Positions 1 to 8,623 are shown, numbered from the stretch's first letter. The stretch: 31,155 bases of DNA from a virus (IMGVR_UViG_3300035494_000079:1-31155); one strand, 5' to 3'. Notes: generated by a model from the sequence alone, not told the origin. Numbers and translations: made by a program.

Positions 1-214
1 TGACAGCCAAGTGAATTTTGTTCACTTCCATCTTTGGCTTGTTTTCGAATTGCGCGCCAAGCTCACCTTCCCACTGCGCACCAGCAATGGAATAAAAACG
101 GCGGTCGTCAAGACACTGTTGTCTCTCATCACGGACGGATGATTGAATGTTGTCGAACTCTACCAACGCCTCAGCGTGTATGTCCAACAGAATTTGCGCT
201 TTTGATTTGGCCAT
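1..214 (-). CDS. Portal protein, P22-like (N-terminal part, runs off the left edge)
   Basis: Not in the ORF track. Manual translation from ATG 214 (RBS CAGGAG) gives MAKSKAQILLDIHAEALVEFDNIQSSVRDERQQCLDDRRFYSIAGAQWEGELGAQFENKPKMEVNKIHLAV. The D-xx-F..G-x-QW..P...NKI pattern fits P22-type portals, and the gene lies directly after terL. Confidence 0.85.
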   Translation of the reverse strand, partial: MAKSKAQILLDIHAEALVEFDNIQSSVRDERQQCLDDRRFYSIAGAQWEGELGAQFENKPKMEVNKIHLAV

Positions 215-238
215 GGAGATCTCCTGTACAACTATTAT

Positions 239-1570
239 CTACCAATGGTTCAAAGTTGGCAACACTTTTGTTGTAACTTTTTTGCGCTCACGCTTCCCAA
301 CAACGGACGGGAATAGCTCTGCAAGGCACCAAAACGCTGCGTCTGCGCGGTTCGGAGACTTCTCTCCTGTGAAGCCGTGTGTTGAAAAGCCGGTCAACTC
401 TTCTTCAAAGTCATTTTGTCGTCCGACAACACGTATGCGACCGTCCTCGAACAACGGTGAAAAGGGTTCTGCGCGTTGAACTTTGCCGCGTGAAGCGTTG
501 ACTATCTTGTAGTTAACGCTTCGGTCTGCTGTCTGAATGACGAACTTAACCATTGCGCCACCGAAGTTCTGCTCACCAACCATAACATCAGCGTCGTGTC
601 GGTGGTAGGCGGACACTGCCATGCGCCCCCATGTCGCTGGACCAGCCTTCACCGTTGCGTCTTCCAACAAGTAGGCAACGCCGTCCGTTCCTAGCCCTGC
701 GACGTATATGCCAATTGCGTCATTGCCTTCGTTGTTATCATCGTCTGACCCTGACGGATCTACACCAACGACAATGCGAACCATTGACGGCAAATCTGCT
801 GGGTCGTCAACACGCCATCGGTCTAATGAACTTTCGCTGAACAAAGCGTTCGGATTCGCGTCTTTGAACTCTCCATCCAGGAATCGCTTGCGCAGGTGTG
901 GCGGCAGACCTTCTAGTGTTTCGATGTAAGACGATGGCAGGTTGGCGAGATTGTCTTTTGGGTTCATTTGGATAGAACCATAAAGATGAAGATTCTGAAT
1001 TGGTTGTTTTGTGTCTGGGTCTAGCTTTTGTTCAAACACCTTGTAAGTCCAGTGGTTCTTGTCCGGCGGATTACAGTCAAACAACATGCGAAGCTTCAAT
1101 GGCACGCCGTCGTCTTGTAAACAGCTTTGCGCCAAACGTGTAATCACGATCCCAACTGAACCCCAAGGTATCTGCGAACACTCATTGAGGTATATTGTCG
1201 CGAATTCTTGACCAAGGATCTTTTCTGTGCGCTCCTTATCATCCAGACCGCCGAACCAAATTTCAGAACCGTTGCCGAACTTTACAATCCAGTCTGTCTT
1301 AGAGATTTCATATTGTGTTCCTGGAAAACAAATCCTCATCACCTTCGGGAATGTGTCCATTATGATTGATGCTTTCACAGCGTTGAAACGGAAACGCAAT
1401 ATAGCATGGCGAGAGTTTGAAGCCTTCATTGCACGCACGACTATTGCGTAAACAGCAAGGAATGTTTTCCCAGAACGTGAACCACCGAACAGCATGAAGT
1501 ATTGAAACACACCTGCCATCAAAGAACGCGCTTCCTTTTGGCGAGGCGTGAATTCAAAGGTTTGCATCAT
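239..1570 (-). CDS. terL: Terminase large subunit
   Basis: Walker A GGSRSGKT, Walker B-like IYLNE, coupling motif DCNP, RNase H-like nuclease VGVDPS and C-terminal PNRADA. Confidence 0.95.
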   Translation of the reverse strand: MMQTFEFTPRQKEARSLMAGVFQYFMLFGGSRSGKTFLAVYAIVVRAMKASNSRHAILRFRFNAVKASIIMDTFPKVMRICFPGTQYEISKTDWIVKFGNGSEIWFGGLDDKERTEKILGQEFATIYLNECSQIPWGSVGIVITRLAQSCLQDDGVPLKLRMLFDCNPPDKNHWTYKVFEQKLDPDTKQPIQNLHLYGSIQMNPKDNLANLPSSYIETLEGLPPHLRKRFLDGEFKDANPNALFSESSLDRWRVDDPADLPSMVRIVVGVDPSGSDDDNNEGNDAIGIYVAGLGTDGVAYLLEDATVKAGPATWGRMAVSAYHRHDADVMVGEQNFGGAMVKFVIQTADRSVNYKIVNASRGKVQRAEPFSPLFEDGRIRVVGRQNDFEEELTGFSTHGFTGEKSPNRADAAFWCLAELFPSVVGKRERKKVTTKVLPTLNHW

Positions 1571-1988
1571 CGCCTCGCACGATTACTGCTAGTGGAGCCT
1601 CTTTGTCACCGGACAATTCTAGCTTGTCTCCGTATTTTTTTGGCGCTACCTTGCTCAGAAGCCATTTTCTAGAGTCAACCCTTAGTCGTTGATGCTGCAC
1701 CGCCGCTGAGTCGTACCTTGCTACTCCGTTTTGATCCACGATCATCGCTGGTGTTTCATCGCTGATCTCCATGATTTCTTGAGCGATTGCTTCTTGCATT
1801 TCCTCTCTTGCGCGCGCGTATCGTTCGGCGAGCGCTGTGTCATCATTCACCCAACCCAAGAATGTGGTTTGAGGAACACCAGCCTGATCACAAGCCTTTT
1901 TGCACGACAACCCTTCGGACATGAACAACAAAACTTTTGGGGAAATCTTGTCTTTTTCTGCTTGTGTGTATTTTTGTTTACGAGCCAT
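1554..1988 (-). CDS. terS: Terminase small subunit
   Basis: HTH-like N-terminus and RLRVDSRKWLLSKVAPKKYGD, typical of Sf6-like TerS. Overlaps the terL start. Start moved to ATG 1988 because GGAGG lies at 1994-1998 and a promoter lies inside the longer ORF. Confidence 0.88.
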   Translation of the reverse strand: MARKQKYTQAEKDKISPKVLLFMSEGLSCKKACDQAGVPQTTFLGWVNDDTALAERYARAREEMQEAIAQEIMEISDETPAMIVDQNGVARYDSAAVQHQRLRVDSRKWLLSKVAPKKYGDKLELSGDKEAPLAVIVRGDDANL

Positions 1989-2015
1989 TTCAACCTCCAA
2001 ATCTAACCTTAAAAC

Positions 2016-2044
2016 ATTATGTACTTTTTGCACGGGAAACGCAA
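2016..2044 (-). promoter_or_regulatory. Sigma70-type promoter for terS-terL-portal
   Basis: TTGCGT-N17-CATAAT on the minus strand, ending 28 nt upstream of the terS ATG. Confidence 0.65.
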
Positions 2045-2060
2045 TCCAAATTTAATGCGC

Positions 2061-2180
2061 AGTCCTTCAAACGCCATAATTATAGTAGAATATATAATTG
2101 TTTATTATTCATATATTTCCTTATTTCTTTACTTATTTTTGATTAAATTTTCAACGTAGTATTATGAAGTTTGAAGGACT
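2061..2180. repeat. 20-bp imperfect inverted repeat flanking an AT-rich core (candidate replication origin or packaging region)
   Basis: AGTCCTTCAAAC-gc-CATAAT (2061-2080) versus ATTATG-aa-GTTTGAAGGACT (2161-2180). The core 2081-2160 is extremely A/T-rich and non-coding. Confidence 0.7.
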
Positions 2181-2289
2181 CAGACAATTCCAAAAAAACG
2201 GCGTAAGTGCCTCCGTATATGGGCTTTCGCCAATACACGACCGTCGATGAAAAAGTCCCGAAATCAGCAACTCTGCCTCAGCCGCACTT

Positions 2290-2628
2290 TCACTCATTTT
2301 GACCTCCTGAGGCAGTTGACAGGAAAATTACGAAATTTTCTTTTATCAATTCTGGTCGCAATTTCCGAGCCGAATTTCGTTTATAAACGTTAACTCTCTT
2401 GCCATCCAAAACCCAACGTCCGTCCTTGCGGTCTGGATCCGGAAACAAAGAGTATCCCATGTCTTGCATAACAACTTTCATATTCATCCGGAGCGAAGCC
2501 AAGTTGCCAACCTTTTGCAAACAACGTTCCAACAAAACATCACTGCGAACGTAATCAGGCCAACCAAGTTCCTTGACGGCGTGCAAAAAAGACTCATCAA
2601 CTTCTTTTGGATTAACTCTCTTCACCAC
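2290..2628 (-). CDS. Hypothetical protein, stand-alone paralog of the primase-helicase C-terminal domain
   Basis: ELGWPDYVRSD...MGY...DPDRKDGRW..G..V.VY aligns by eye with the primase C-terminus. Start overlaps the upstream stop. Confidence 0.75.
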   Translation of the reverse strand: MVKRVNPKEVDESFLHAVKELGWPDYVRSDVLLERCLQKVGNLASLRMNMKVVMQDMGYSLFPDPDRKDGRWVLDGKRVNVYKRNSARKLRPELIKENFVIFLSTASGGQNE

Positions 2629-2999
2629 TCCAACTTCTCCTTCAACTGCTCGGCGTTCAGCTCATCAACATCATTGCGGCGGAAAACGAATACATTCTTG
2701 CCGAACGCCTTCCACCGACCGTCTTTAGAATTTGGATTAATCAAGACGGTGTATCCAATTCGCGCCATGGACTTTTTCATATTTCGTCGCAAAGAATAAT
2801 AATATTGGTGGTGCGGTGCTGCGTATTCCAGCAAAAAGTCGCTTTGAATATAATCAGGCCAGCCATTTTCTTGCAACGAAATTTTGAAGGCTCCGTCAAT
2901 CCCTTCAATCCAAGCCTTTTCATCAGCTTGGATTTGTTCTTTTGTTCTGCGCTTACGGCGATCACGATTGTTTGGATCAAATGGATCAAAATGCTTCAT
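2622..2999 (-). CDS. Hypothetical protein, second paralog of the primase-helicase C-terminal domain with a basic N-terminal extension
   Basis: ENGWPDYIQSD...IGY...NPNSKDGRW..G..V.VF. Probable start ATG 2999 (MKHFDPF) with AAGGA upstream, overlapping the primase end. Confidence 0.75.
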   Translation of the reverse strand: MKHFDPFDPNNRDRRKRRTKEQIQADEKAWIEGIDGAFKISLQENGWPDYIQSDFLLEYAAPHHQYYYSLRRNMKKSMARIGYTVLINPNSKDGRWKAFGKNVFVFRRNDVDELNAEQLKEKLEW

Positions 3000-5148
3000 G
3001 TTGTAAATCCTTTGTTGGGTCATAATCTTTTGGCGTTCCGGTTTTGCAAAACACGGTAACGAGTTTATTGCCGATTTTCCAGCGCCCATCACGGCGTTGC
3101 GGGTCGCGGTGCATTTGATATCCTGATCGACTCATTGAATTTGCAAGCTTGCGCTTGATGTCGCTTTCCTTTTCTCCGTTGGCGATTGCTTTTGTTAAAA
3201 TCCAATCTGACCGAATTGATTTCGGGTAGCCTAATTCATCAATGATGTCATCAAGCCATTGATCTCCGTGCATTCCGCCAGCAACGACCGTCTTGTGTGC
3301 ATCGGTCTTGCGTTGTCCATTGGCTGCCGAAAAACCTGAAATATCACGTTCATGCAAATAAGCGGCAATGTGTGTTGCGCCACCGGCGTAAAACCACGCC
3401 CACAACTCAGAGAAATACTCACGCCGCGCATCTTCTTCCGTCAACCCCATGTCCTGCATTGTTGCGCAGTCAATTACGTCATAACGGCGGTCGTCTTCAG
3501 GGATGTAAATGCCGTTGGCAAGGTGGTTGGATGTGATGATCACGCCGCAATACATTCGTACGGAATATTTTTGTCCGTATTTGGGGTTGATTGTGCAAGT
3601 GTCTGGAGAACCTGCTATCAACACCTTGGTGCGCTCATTGAATGCCCACTTGGACATGTCTTGCAAGTTGGCTGCTTCAGAGATTCTCACCAACGTTGCT
3701 GCAGCATACTCGTTGAAACTTTGTTCGAATGCTGCAGGGTCAATATTCGCCACATTCCAAACTCCGATTGCAGGAGAGCAAAATTCAATAGCTGTGTCCT
3801 TACCAACGCCTTGTCCACCAGCAATCAGCAATGCAAAACGCGGCTTTTCCCAAGGCTTTTGCACGCGGTGCGCCATGTAATCCAAAAACTGATCTGCGTC
3901 TCCGTCTTTGTTGAAAACGCGCTTCACATGCTCCAAGAAAGGTTGCGCAAGTTTTGCGTCTCCGAGTTCAATGCTTGGACGACGGTAAGAATTGAACAAC
4001 GCTGCGCCAGGAGACAAAACAACTTCTCCTTCACGACAATCGTAGCCCTTGACGTAGTCGTCTTCACGCTCCGGATCAGAAGTCATCGACGTTGCCAGTT
4101 GATTCGACTTCAACCACTCAGAAGCTTTTATCAACTTTCCATCTTCATTAACCGGAGACACAGCTGCATCAACCGCCGCCGCAATCCAAAATGAAGTCGT
4201 AGGCCGATAAATATAATTATTTCCTGGACCATAGTAGATGAAGTTGCCAATTGGAACTTCACCATTTTTTGGTGCCCAGCCGTTGTCCAAAGCCGCTTTG
4301 ACGATTGTTCCGACGGAAAGTTGCTTTTCCGCGCCTTGTTGGGACAATTCATAAAACGCTTCGTGCATTATTGTATCGTGGTTACGACCTTTTTGCCCAT
4401 CGAACTTGTCAGCCCAGGATGTGTAAACTGCAAATGCCTCGTCAACTCGATCGAATTCTCTACCTAGGATTATCCCAACCGCTCTCCACAAATCACGGTC
4501 ATCAGCAGGAACAACCTCCAACATTTCAGAAATTTGCTCTATCGTGTATTTCCCGCGATACATGTCGTCTTTTTTTGGACGCCCCCGAGTTTCCTTTCGA
4601 CGAGACAAGTGAGCAGGAAGCTGCGCCAACGGCGCTCCCCAATTAATCCAAGAATATTGACCACCGGATCTATGACGACTCGGCGCGCCAACTATGTATC
4701 CGCCGTCATTGCGTGAATCAACACCTTTTCCAAGCACGTTTGAAGCGGTTTTCAAAGCGGAATTGTACTTGAATATCACGTGCATTCCGCCAGAACCAGT
4801 TTCCGCCATCAGCGTGTCTGGCTCTCCATGGTCTTGAATGGCATCAGCCCAAGATTCTGCTCCGAATTTGCCATCTCCAATGTCGATGTCTATGACCGTT
4901 ATTCCGGAAACTTCTCCTGTGACGATTCCTATGTTGCTTGGCGGAGCGCCGTCACCGAACCACGCGTCAATTTGCTCAAGGTCTCTGGAAGCTTCTTTCA
5001 ACCCTCGCGCAACACGGGGGTGCTTCCCTGCGTCATAGCAAGTTGGATTGCCGCAAGTGCAAACGCTGTCCGCACCAATGGAGTGCAGAGGAAAAACAAG
5101 CCAACCTAATTTTGCATATTCAACGGCTGCTGCGTGAACTTCATTCAT
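2986..5148 (-). CDS. Bifunctional primase-polymerase (Prim-Pol) / PriCT-2 / helicase fusion
   Basis: N-terminal Prim-Pol motifs GWLVFPL, NIGIVTG, VIDID, ETGSGGMH, GVDSRNDGGYIVGAPS; central PriCT-2-like WRAVG; C-terminal P-loop GGQGVGKD with FN, ITSN and DDRRY motifs (NrS-1-polymerase-like helicase). Confidence 0.9.
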   Translation of the reverse strand: MNEVHAAAVEYAKLGWLVFPLHSIGADSVCTCGNPTCYDAGKHPRVARGLKEASRDLEQIDAWFGDGAPPSNIGIVTGEVSGITVIDIDIGDGKFGAESWADAIQDHGEPDTLMAETGSGGMHVIFKYNSALKTASNVLGKGVDSRNDGGYIVGAPSRHRSGGQYSWINWGAPLAQLPAHLSRRKETRGRPKKDDMYRGKYTIEQISEMLEVVPADDRDLWRAVGIILGREFDRVDEAFAVYTSWADKFDGQKGRNHDTIMHEAFYELSQQGAEKQLSVGTIVKAALDNGWAPKNGEVPIGNFIYYGPGNNYIYRPTTSFWIAAAVDAAVSPVNEDGKLIKASEWLKSNQLATSMTSDPEREDDYVKGYDCREGEVVLSPGAALFNSYRRPSIELGDAKLAQPFLEHVKRVFNKDGDADQFLDYMAHRVQKPWEKPRFALLIAGGQGVGKDTAIEFCSPAIGVWNVANIDPAAFEQSFNEYAAATLVRISEAANLQDMSKWAFNERTKVLIAGSPDTCTINPKYGQKYSVRMYCGVIITSNHLANGIYIPEDDRRYDVIDCATMQDMGLTEEDARREYFSELWAWFYAGGATHIAAYLHERDISGFSAANGQRKTDAHKTVVAGGMHGDQWLDDIIDELGYPKSIRSDWILTKAIANGEKESDIKRKLANSMSRSGYQMHRDPQRRDGRWKIGNKLVTVFCKTGTPKDYDPTKDLQHEAF

Positions 5149-5248
5149 CCTTGACCCCTTTGCTTCTTTGTTCGAAGTAATAACGCGCTGATGCGCGCAT
5201 GATTGGTTTGCTCAAAGACGGGAAAGGCATTTTTACGTTGCTGCTCAT
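5141..5248 (-). CDS. Small hypothetical protein (35 aa)
   Basis: Not in the track. MSSNVKMPFPSLSKPIMRASARYYFEQRSKGVKDE with a GGAGG RBS; overlaps both neighbours, consistent with translational coupling. Confidence 0.5.
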   Translation of the reverse strand: MSSNVKMPFPSLSKPIMRASARYYFEQRSKGVKDE

Positions 5249-5334
5249 GACCACCCTCCAAAAATAAACCACAACCACAAGCAAATAGCAAAAGCCATCA
5301 ACCATTCTTTCAGAGTCTTGTATTTAATGCTCAT
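5245..5334 (-). CDS. Small single-pass membrane protein (29 aa)
   Basis: Not in the track. MSIKYKTLKEWLMAFAICLWLWFIFGGWS with an AAGGAG RBS and an ATGA overlap with the next gene. Confidence 0.5.
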   Translation of the reverse strand: MSIKYKTLKEWLMAFAICLWLWFIFGGWS

Positions 5335-5336
5335 TT

Positions 5337-5576
5337 TTAATTCTCCTTTTTCGATCTCAACCAAGACCGGACGTATTTTGCCGCTTCAGCATTGCAAGAG
5401 TAATGTTCTGGATATTCAATTCTGCTGAAAATTATAGGCATATTGCGGCCTTTCTTGCCTTTCCAACGCAACACTTCAAAAGATCCTTTCGGCTGCATCA
5501 AAACTTCCCCACGGTCTTCGAGCCATTTTCTGAATTCATTGAATTTATTTTTGTGCAATAAATTAGCGTTTCCCAT
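5337..5576 (-). CDS. Hypothetical protein
   Basis: Basic 79-aa ORF. Start set at ATG 5576 (MGNANLL) by the GGAG RBS; fits the minus-strand operon. Confidence 0.65.
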   Translation of the reverse strand: MGNANLLHKNKFNEFRKWLEDRGEVLMQPKGSFEVLRWKGKKGRNMPIIFSRIEYPEHYSCNAEAAKYVRSWLRSKKEN

Positions 5577-5817
5577 TTTTGTCTCCAGTTTCCGGCAAGT
5601 CGTAGCCGTTTGCAATCAACCAACGGCGTGAATCAAAAGCCAAATCAACTTTCAAAAATCCATTCCTAGCGAACCAAAAACGCGCCTTGTGTAGCGCGGC
5701 AAGCGCCTGCTGCTCCGTGCATTGTTGGACTTGTTCTTTCATCTCTTCGATAAAAGTTTTGGTGTCTAGCTCACGCGCCATTCGAATCTTTTCTCTTTGT
5801 TCATCAAAAGAACTCAT
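5563..5817 (-). CDS. Hypothetical protein
   Basis: Start set at ATG 5817 (MSSFDEQ) with a GGAG RBS; the longer track start would run through a terminator. Confidence 0.65.
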   Translation of the reverse strand: MSSFDEQREKIRMARELDTKTFIEEMKEQVQQCTEQQALAALHKARFWFARNGFLKVDLAFDSRRWLIANGYDLPETGDKNGKR

Positions 5818-5827
5818 CACATTCTCC

Positions 5828-5858
5828 AAAAAGCAAAAGGGCGCACAAAAGCACGCCC
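5828..5858 (-). terminator. Rho-independent terminator
   Basis: Minus strand GGGCGTGC-TTTT-GTGCGCCC followed by TTTTGCTTTT, just after the 5887 stop. Confidence 0.75.
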
Positions 5859-5886
5859 AAAATTTACAAAAAATCAAGCGTTCAAA

Positions 5887-6672
5887 TTAAAAACGACCGT
5901 CGTCACTTTCCGCATGAACGCCTTCCTCAACAGGTTCAGACACTTGAACCTCACCAGCAAGAACTTGTTTTGAGAACTCTTTGGCTTTGTTGTAGATCTC
6001 TCCATCAACAACAGGTTCAACAAGTTCAATGTTGATTCCCCACCAAGAGCCTTTTGAATTTTCTTCCTTGACGCCAGTTAACTTGTAAATGTGTGAAAAA
6101 CTAGGCGGCGTGAACGTCTTGCCTTCAGGCGTGCGCATTTCAACACCTTGAATCAAAGACATCCAACGCTTAGATTTCTTGATTTGCGTGCTGCTCAATG
6201 AAAGCAAAGCAGGTTGCCAAGAACCGTTGGCCGCATAAACAAGCACGAAGTGATTGCGCGTGTCTTTGAGTTGATCGCCTTCAATCAGCAATTGTCCATC
6301 GTCTGTTTTTTGCAGACCTTGCAGCTTACCAGTTTCAACTTCAATCGGTGAATAATCACCCTTGAATCCGCCGCCAGCTTCGCGTGGAGCCCATCGCAAG
6401 AATCGACGTTGATAAGCACAAGGAACAACATAACATTCCTTGAACAATTCATTGGTGATCGTGTTGATCATCAATCCTGGTTTTGCTCCATCAACTTCTT
6501 CAACCTGCGGAGACAATCCCTGCAGCATAGTCAAGAATGGAATCGCAAAGGAATCTTTGTCAGCCCCTTCAAGACCCATTCCGGCGTCTGCCATCATGTC
6601 CGTCATCATCGCTGCTGGAAGACCAACTTTTGTTTCTTCAGTTTTTGCTACTTCTTTTTTCGCTGTTGCCAT
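5887..6672 (-). CDS. Conserved phage replication-module protein, putative ssDNA-binding protein
   Basis: ADAGMGLE..IPFL.MLQ.LSPQ N-terminus, aromatic beta-rich core and an acidic tail ending in F (ESDDGRF), typical of phage SSBs. Start ATG 6672 by RBS. Confidence 0.6.
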   Translation of the reverse strand: MATAKKEVAKTEETKVGLPAAMMTDMMADAGMGLEGADKDSFAIPFLTMLQGLSPQVEEVDGAKPGLMINTITNELFKECYVVPCAYQRRFLRWAPREAGGGFKGDYSPIEVETGKLQGLQKTDDGQLLIEGDQLKDTRNHFVLVYAANGSWQPALLSLSSTQIKKSKRWMSLIQGVEMRTPEGKTFTPPSFSHIYKLTGVKEENSKGSWWGINIELVEPVVDGEIYNKAKEFSKQVLAGEVQVSEPVEEGVHAESDDGRF

Positions 6673-6687
6673 GATAATAATCTCCAA

Positions 6688-7188
6688 TTACTTGATTTTT
6701 GCCGTCCAAACAGGACGAGCACCAAAAAGGTCTAATGGAACGTTTGTTCCAGATGAAATTTGTTCTTTGAGGAACGCCTTGAGAGTTTGAGGGTGAACTG
6801 ATTCGTCGAACTTCGCTGTCAGCCCTCGTTGTTGCAATTCTTGGAAAAAATCCAAAGCGGCTTGCTTTTCACCTTTTCCATATTGCGCTGTTACACCAAC
6901 TTTGATCAAGCCTCCGAAGCCGTGCTCATCCAACCAACGGAATGCAGCGTCTTTGTCGCCATTGGCGATCGAGGCGTAAACTTCTTGTTGAATTGTAATT
7001 TTTTGGCCTGTTGAAAGTTCAAGCTTGTCAATTCCAAGCTCTTGCATAGCAGACGGGATTGTTTCTTCACGCAAAATACGCGCAGCCTCCTTGGAAGCCT
7101 TTAGTGCATTTTCAGCGTGCTTGACAGCTTCGTCTGCATCAATCAACGCTCTCGAGAGAGCGGCCATTTCATCGAGTGTGATACTCAT
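6688..7188 (-). CDS. Conserved phage hypothetical protein (coiled-coil N-terminus, VHPQTLKAF motif)
   Basis: Strong RBS AGAAAGGAG; motif pattern seen in phage replication modules; function unknown. Confidence 0.75.
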   Translation of the reverse strand: MSITLDEMAALSRALIDADEAVKHAENALKASKEAARILREETIPSAMQELGIDKLELSTGQKITIQQEVYASIANGDKDAAFRWLDEHGFGGLIKVGVTAQYGKGEKQAALDFFQELQQRGLTAKFDESVHPQTLKAFLKEQISSGTNVPLDLFGARPVWTAKIK

Positions 7189-7190
7189 AC

Positions 7191-7207
7191 TTTCTCCTTT
7201 CTAAGTT
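7191..7207 (-). repeat. 17-nt leader/RBS repeat AACTTAGAAAGGAGAAA, copy 1
   Basis: Exact copies at 7191-7207 (-), 7716-7732 (+) and 9107-9123 (+). Confidence 0.85.
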
Positions 7208-7208
7208 T

Positions 7209-7547
7209 TCAGACAGCAACATGACTAGGCATGTATCGCCCGACGTTTTTGTCCCACTTGAGAACGGTGAACTTGCCGTGCAATTTACCAAGAATCGCAC
7301 AGGCCACCGCAATCACAGCAGGGTCTCCCATGGCTACCAAGCTGTCTCCAGCTTCGTAATCATAATCTTTTAATTTGTCTTTGAGTTGCTTGACCAAATC
7401 CGCAGTAGCATAAAACGCTGCGCGCGGAGGCATCATCACCACGACTTCTCCATGTTCAGAAGCAGGAGCAACATTAACTGTGGGCACAAAAGAGCTTGTC
7501 TCTCGATCGCGGCGGTGCGGGATCTGGGTGATATATACTTTTTTCAT
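7209..7547 (-). CDS. Hypothetical protein, first gene of the leftward operon
   Basis: 112-aa alpha/beta ORF with AGAAAGGAG RBS and an upstream promoter. Confidence 0.75.
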   Translation of the reverse strand: MKKVYITQIPHRRDRETSSFVPTVNVAPASEHGEVVVMMPPRAAFYATADLVKQLKDKLKDYDYEAGDSLVAMGDPAVIAVACAILGKLHGKFTVLKWDKNVGRYMPSHVAV

Positions 7548-7575
7548 TTCTTAGTTCTCCTTTCTGTCGCGACCT

Positions 7576-7604
7576 ATTATCTTTCGGTTCGCGGACTTTG
7601 GCAA
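7576..7604 (-). promoter_or_regulatory. Leftward sigma70-type promoter
   Basis: TTGCCA-N17-GATAAT. A second candidate, TTGCTT-N16-GATAAT, lies at 7625-7652. Confidence 0.7.
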
Positions 7605-7676
7605 GTTATTTTTGCTTGCAATAAATTATCGTTGATACCATCAAGAAAGCAAACATTTTATTTGATGAAAAATAAT

Positions 7677-7705
7677 TTGCGAACTTAAAAGTATTCAGGC
7701 ATAAT
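7677..7705 (+). promoter_or_regulatory. Rightward sigma70-type promoter
   Basis: TTGCGA-N17-CATAAT, divergent from the leftward promoter. Confidence 0.7.
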
Positions 7706-7715
7706 ACAATTTGTG

Positions 7716-7732
7716 AACTTAGAAAGGAGAAA
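7716..7732 (+). repeat. 17-nt leader/RBS repeat AACTTAGAAAGGAGAAA, copy 2
   Basis: Exact match to the other two copies. Confidence 0.85.
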
Positions 7733-7735
7733 ATG

Positions 7736-8623
7736 ATGAAAATTTTTGGAGCCGGATTGGCAGGCTTGCTTGCTGGTTGTCACTTTCAACGCGCTACTAT
7801 TTTAGAAGCAGGGAAAGAAGACGTTGAGAACCACAAAGCCGTTTTGCGTTTCCGTAGCAGCGCAGTTGGCGACAGTGTTGGGATAGATTTCCGGAAAGTA
7901 AAAGTGCACAAAGGACTTTGGGACGGAAAAGACGTCACACCTTCAATAATGCACGCAAACCAGTATTCTATGAAAGTTATTGGGCGCTTGGCTGATCGAA
8001 GCATTTGGAATTTGGATGCGTGCGAACGTTTTATAGCGCCTGAAGATTTTATTGCTTTGTTGGCAGAACGTTGCGCAGGCCGGATAGTTTGGGAACACAA
8101 AGTTTCTCCTGAAGAGTTCGCAAATCCTGGTGAAGCAAAGATCAGCACAATCCCTTTGAAAGCCGCAGCGGCAATGCTTGGTGAGCAAGAAGCGCCTGAT
8201 TTCAACTTTGCGCCAATCACCGTGCGTCGATGGAAGATTCCTAATGCGGATGTATTCCAAACTATTTATTTCCCCTCACCAGAAACAACCCTTTACCGCG
8301 CAAGCATAACAGGGGATTTGTTGATTGCCGAATATGCAGGTGAAAGCGACGATTATGACCTGTTTGCTGCATTTGGGTTGTTTGAAAGCGACTGCACTCC
8401 TATTGAAAAGGTTGCGCAGCGTTACGGGAAAATTTCACCAGTTGAAGATGCTTGGCGCAAAAAGTTTATTTTTGACATGACAACTCAACACAATATTTAC
8501 AGCCTTGGGCGCTTTGCCACTTGGCGAAACTTGCTGCTGGATGACGTGCTGCAGGACATTTGCGTGCTCAAAAAGTTGATGAAGTCATCAAGCTATGAGC
8601 GACAAAAAATAAACTCAAAATAA
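7736..8623 (+). CDS. FAD-dependent oxidoreductase (Rossmann fold; UDP-galactopyranose-mutase/amine-oxidase-like architecture)
   Basis: N-terminal GAGLAG (GxGxxG) with acidic ILEA, and C-terminal YSLGRFATW flavin-binding motif. Alternative start 7733. Confidence 0.8.
   Translation: MKIFGAGLAGLLAGCHFQRATILEAGKEDVENHKAVLRFRSSAVGDSVGIDFRKVKVHKGLWDGKDVTPSIMHANQYSMKVIGRLADRSIWNLDACERFIAPEDFIALLAERCAGRIVWEHKVSPEEFANPGEAKISTIPLKAAAAMLGEQEAPDFNFAPITVRRWKIPNADVFQTIYFPSPETTLYRASITGDLLIAEYAGESDDYDLFAAFGLFESDCTPIEKVAQRYGKISPVEDAWRKKFIFDMTTQHNIYSLGRFATWRNLLLDDVLQDICVLKKLMKSSSYERQKINSK

Noticed and set aside
2151-2297. Possible 48-aa minus-strand ORF (MSESAAEAELL...) with a GGAGG RBS inside a 9-bp inverted repeat (2273-2281 / 2307-2315)
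   Set aside because: It runs into the inverted-repeat element and has no protein-like features; it cannot be supported without expression data.
3352-4194. 280-aa plus-strand ORF inside the primase gene
   Set aside because: Antisense shadow with no motifs or RBS. The scarcity of TA dinucleotides removes TAA/TAG stops and lengthens shadow ORFs.
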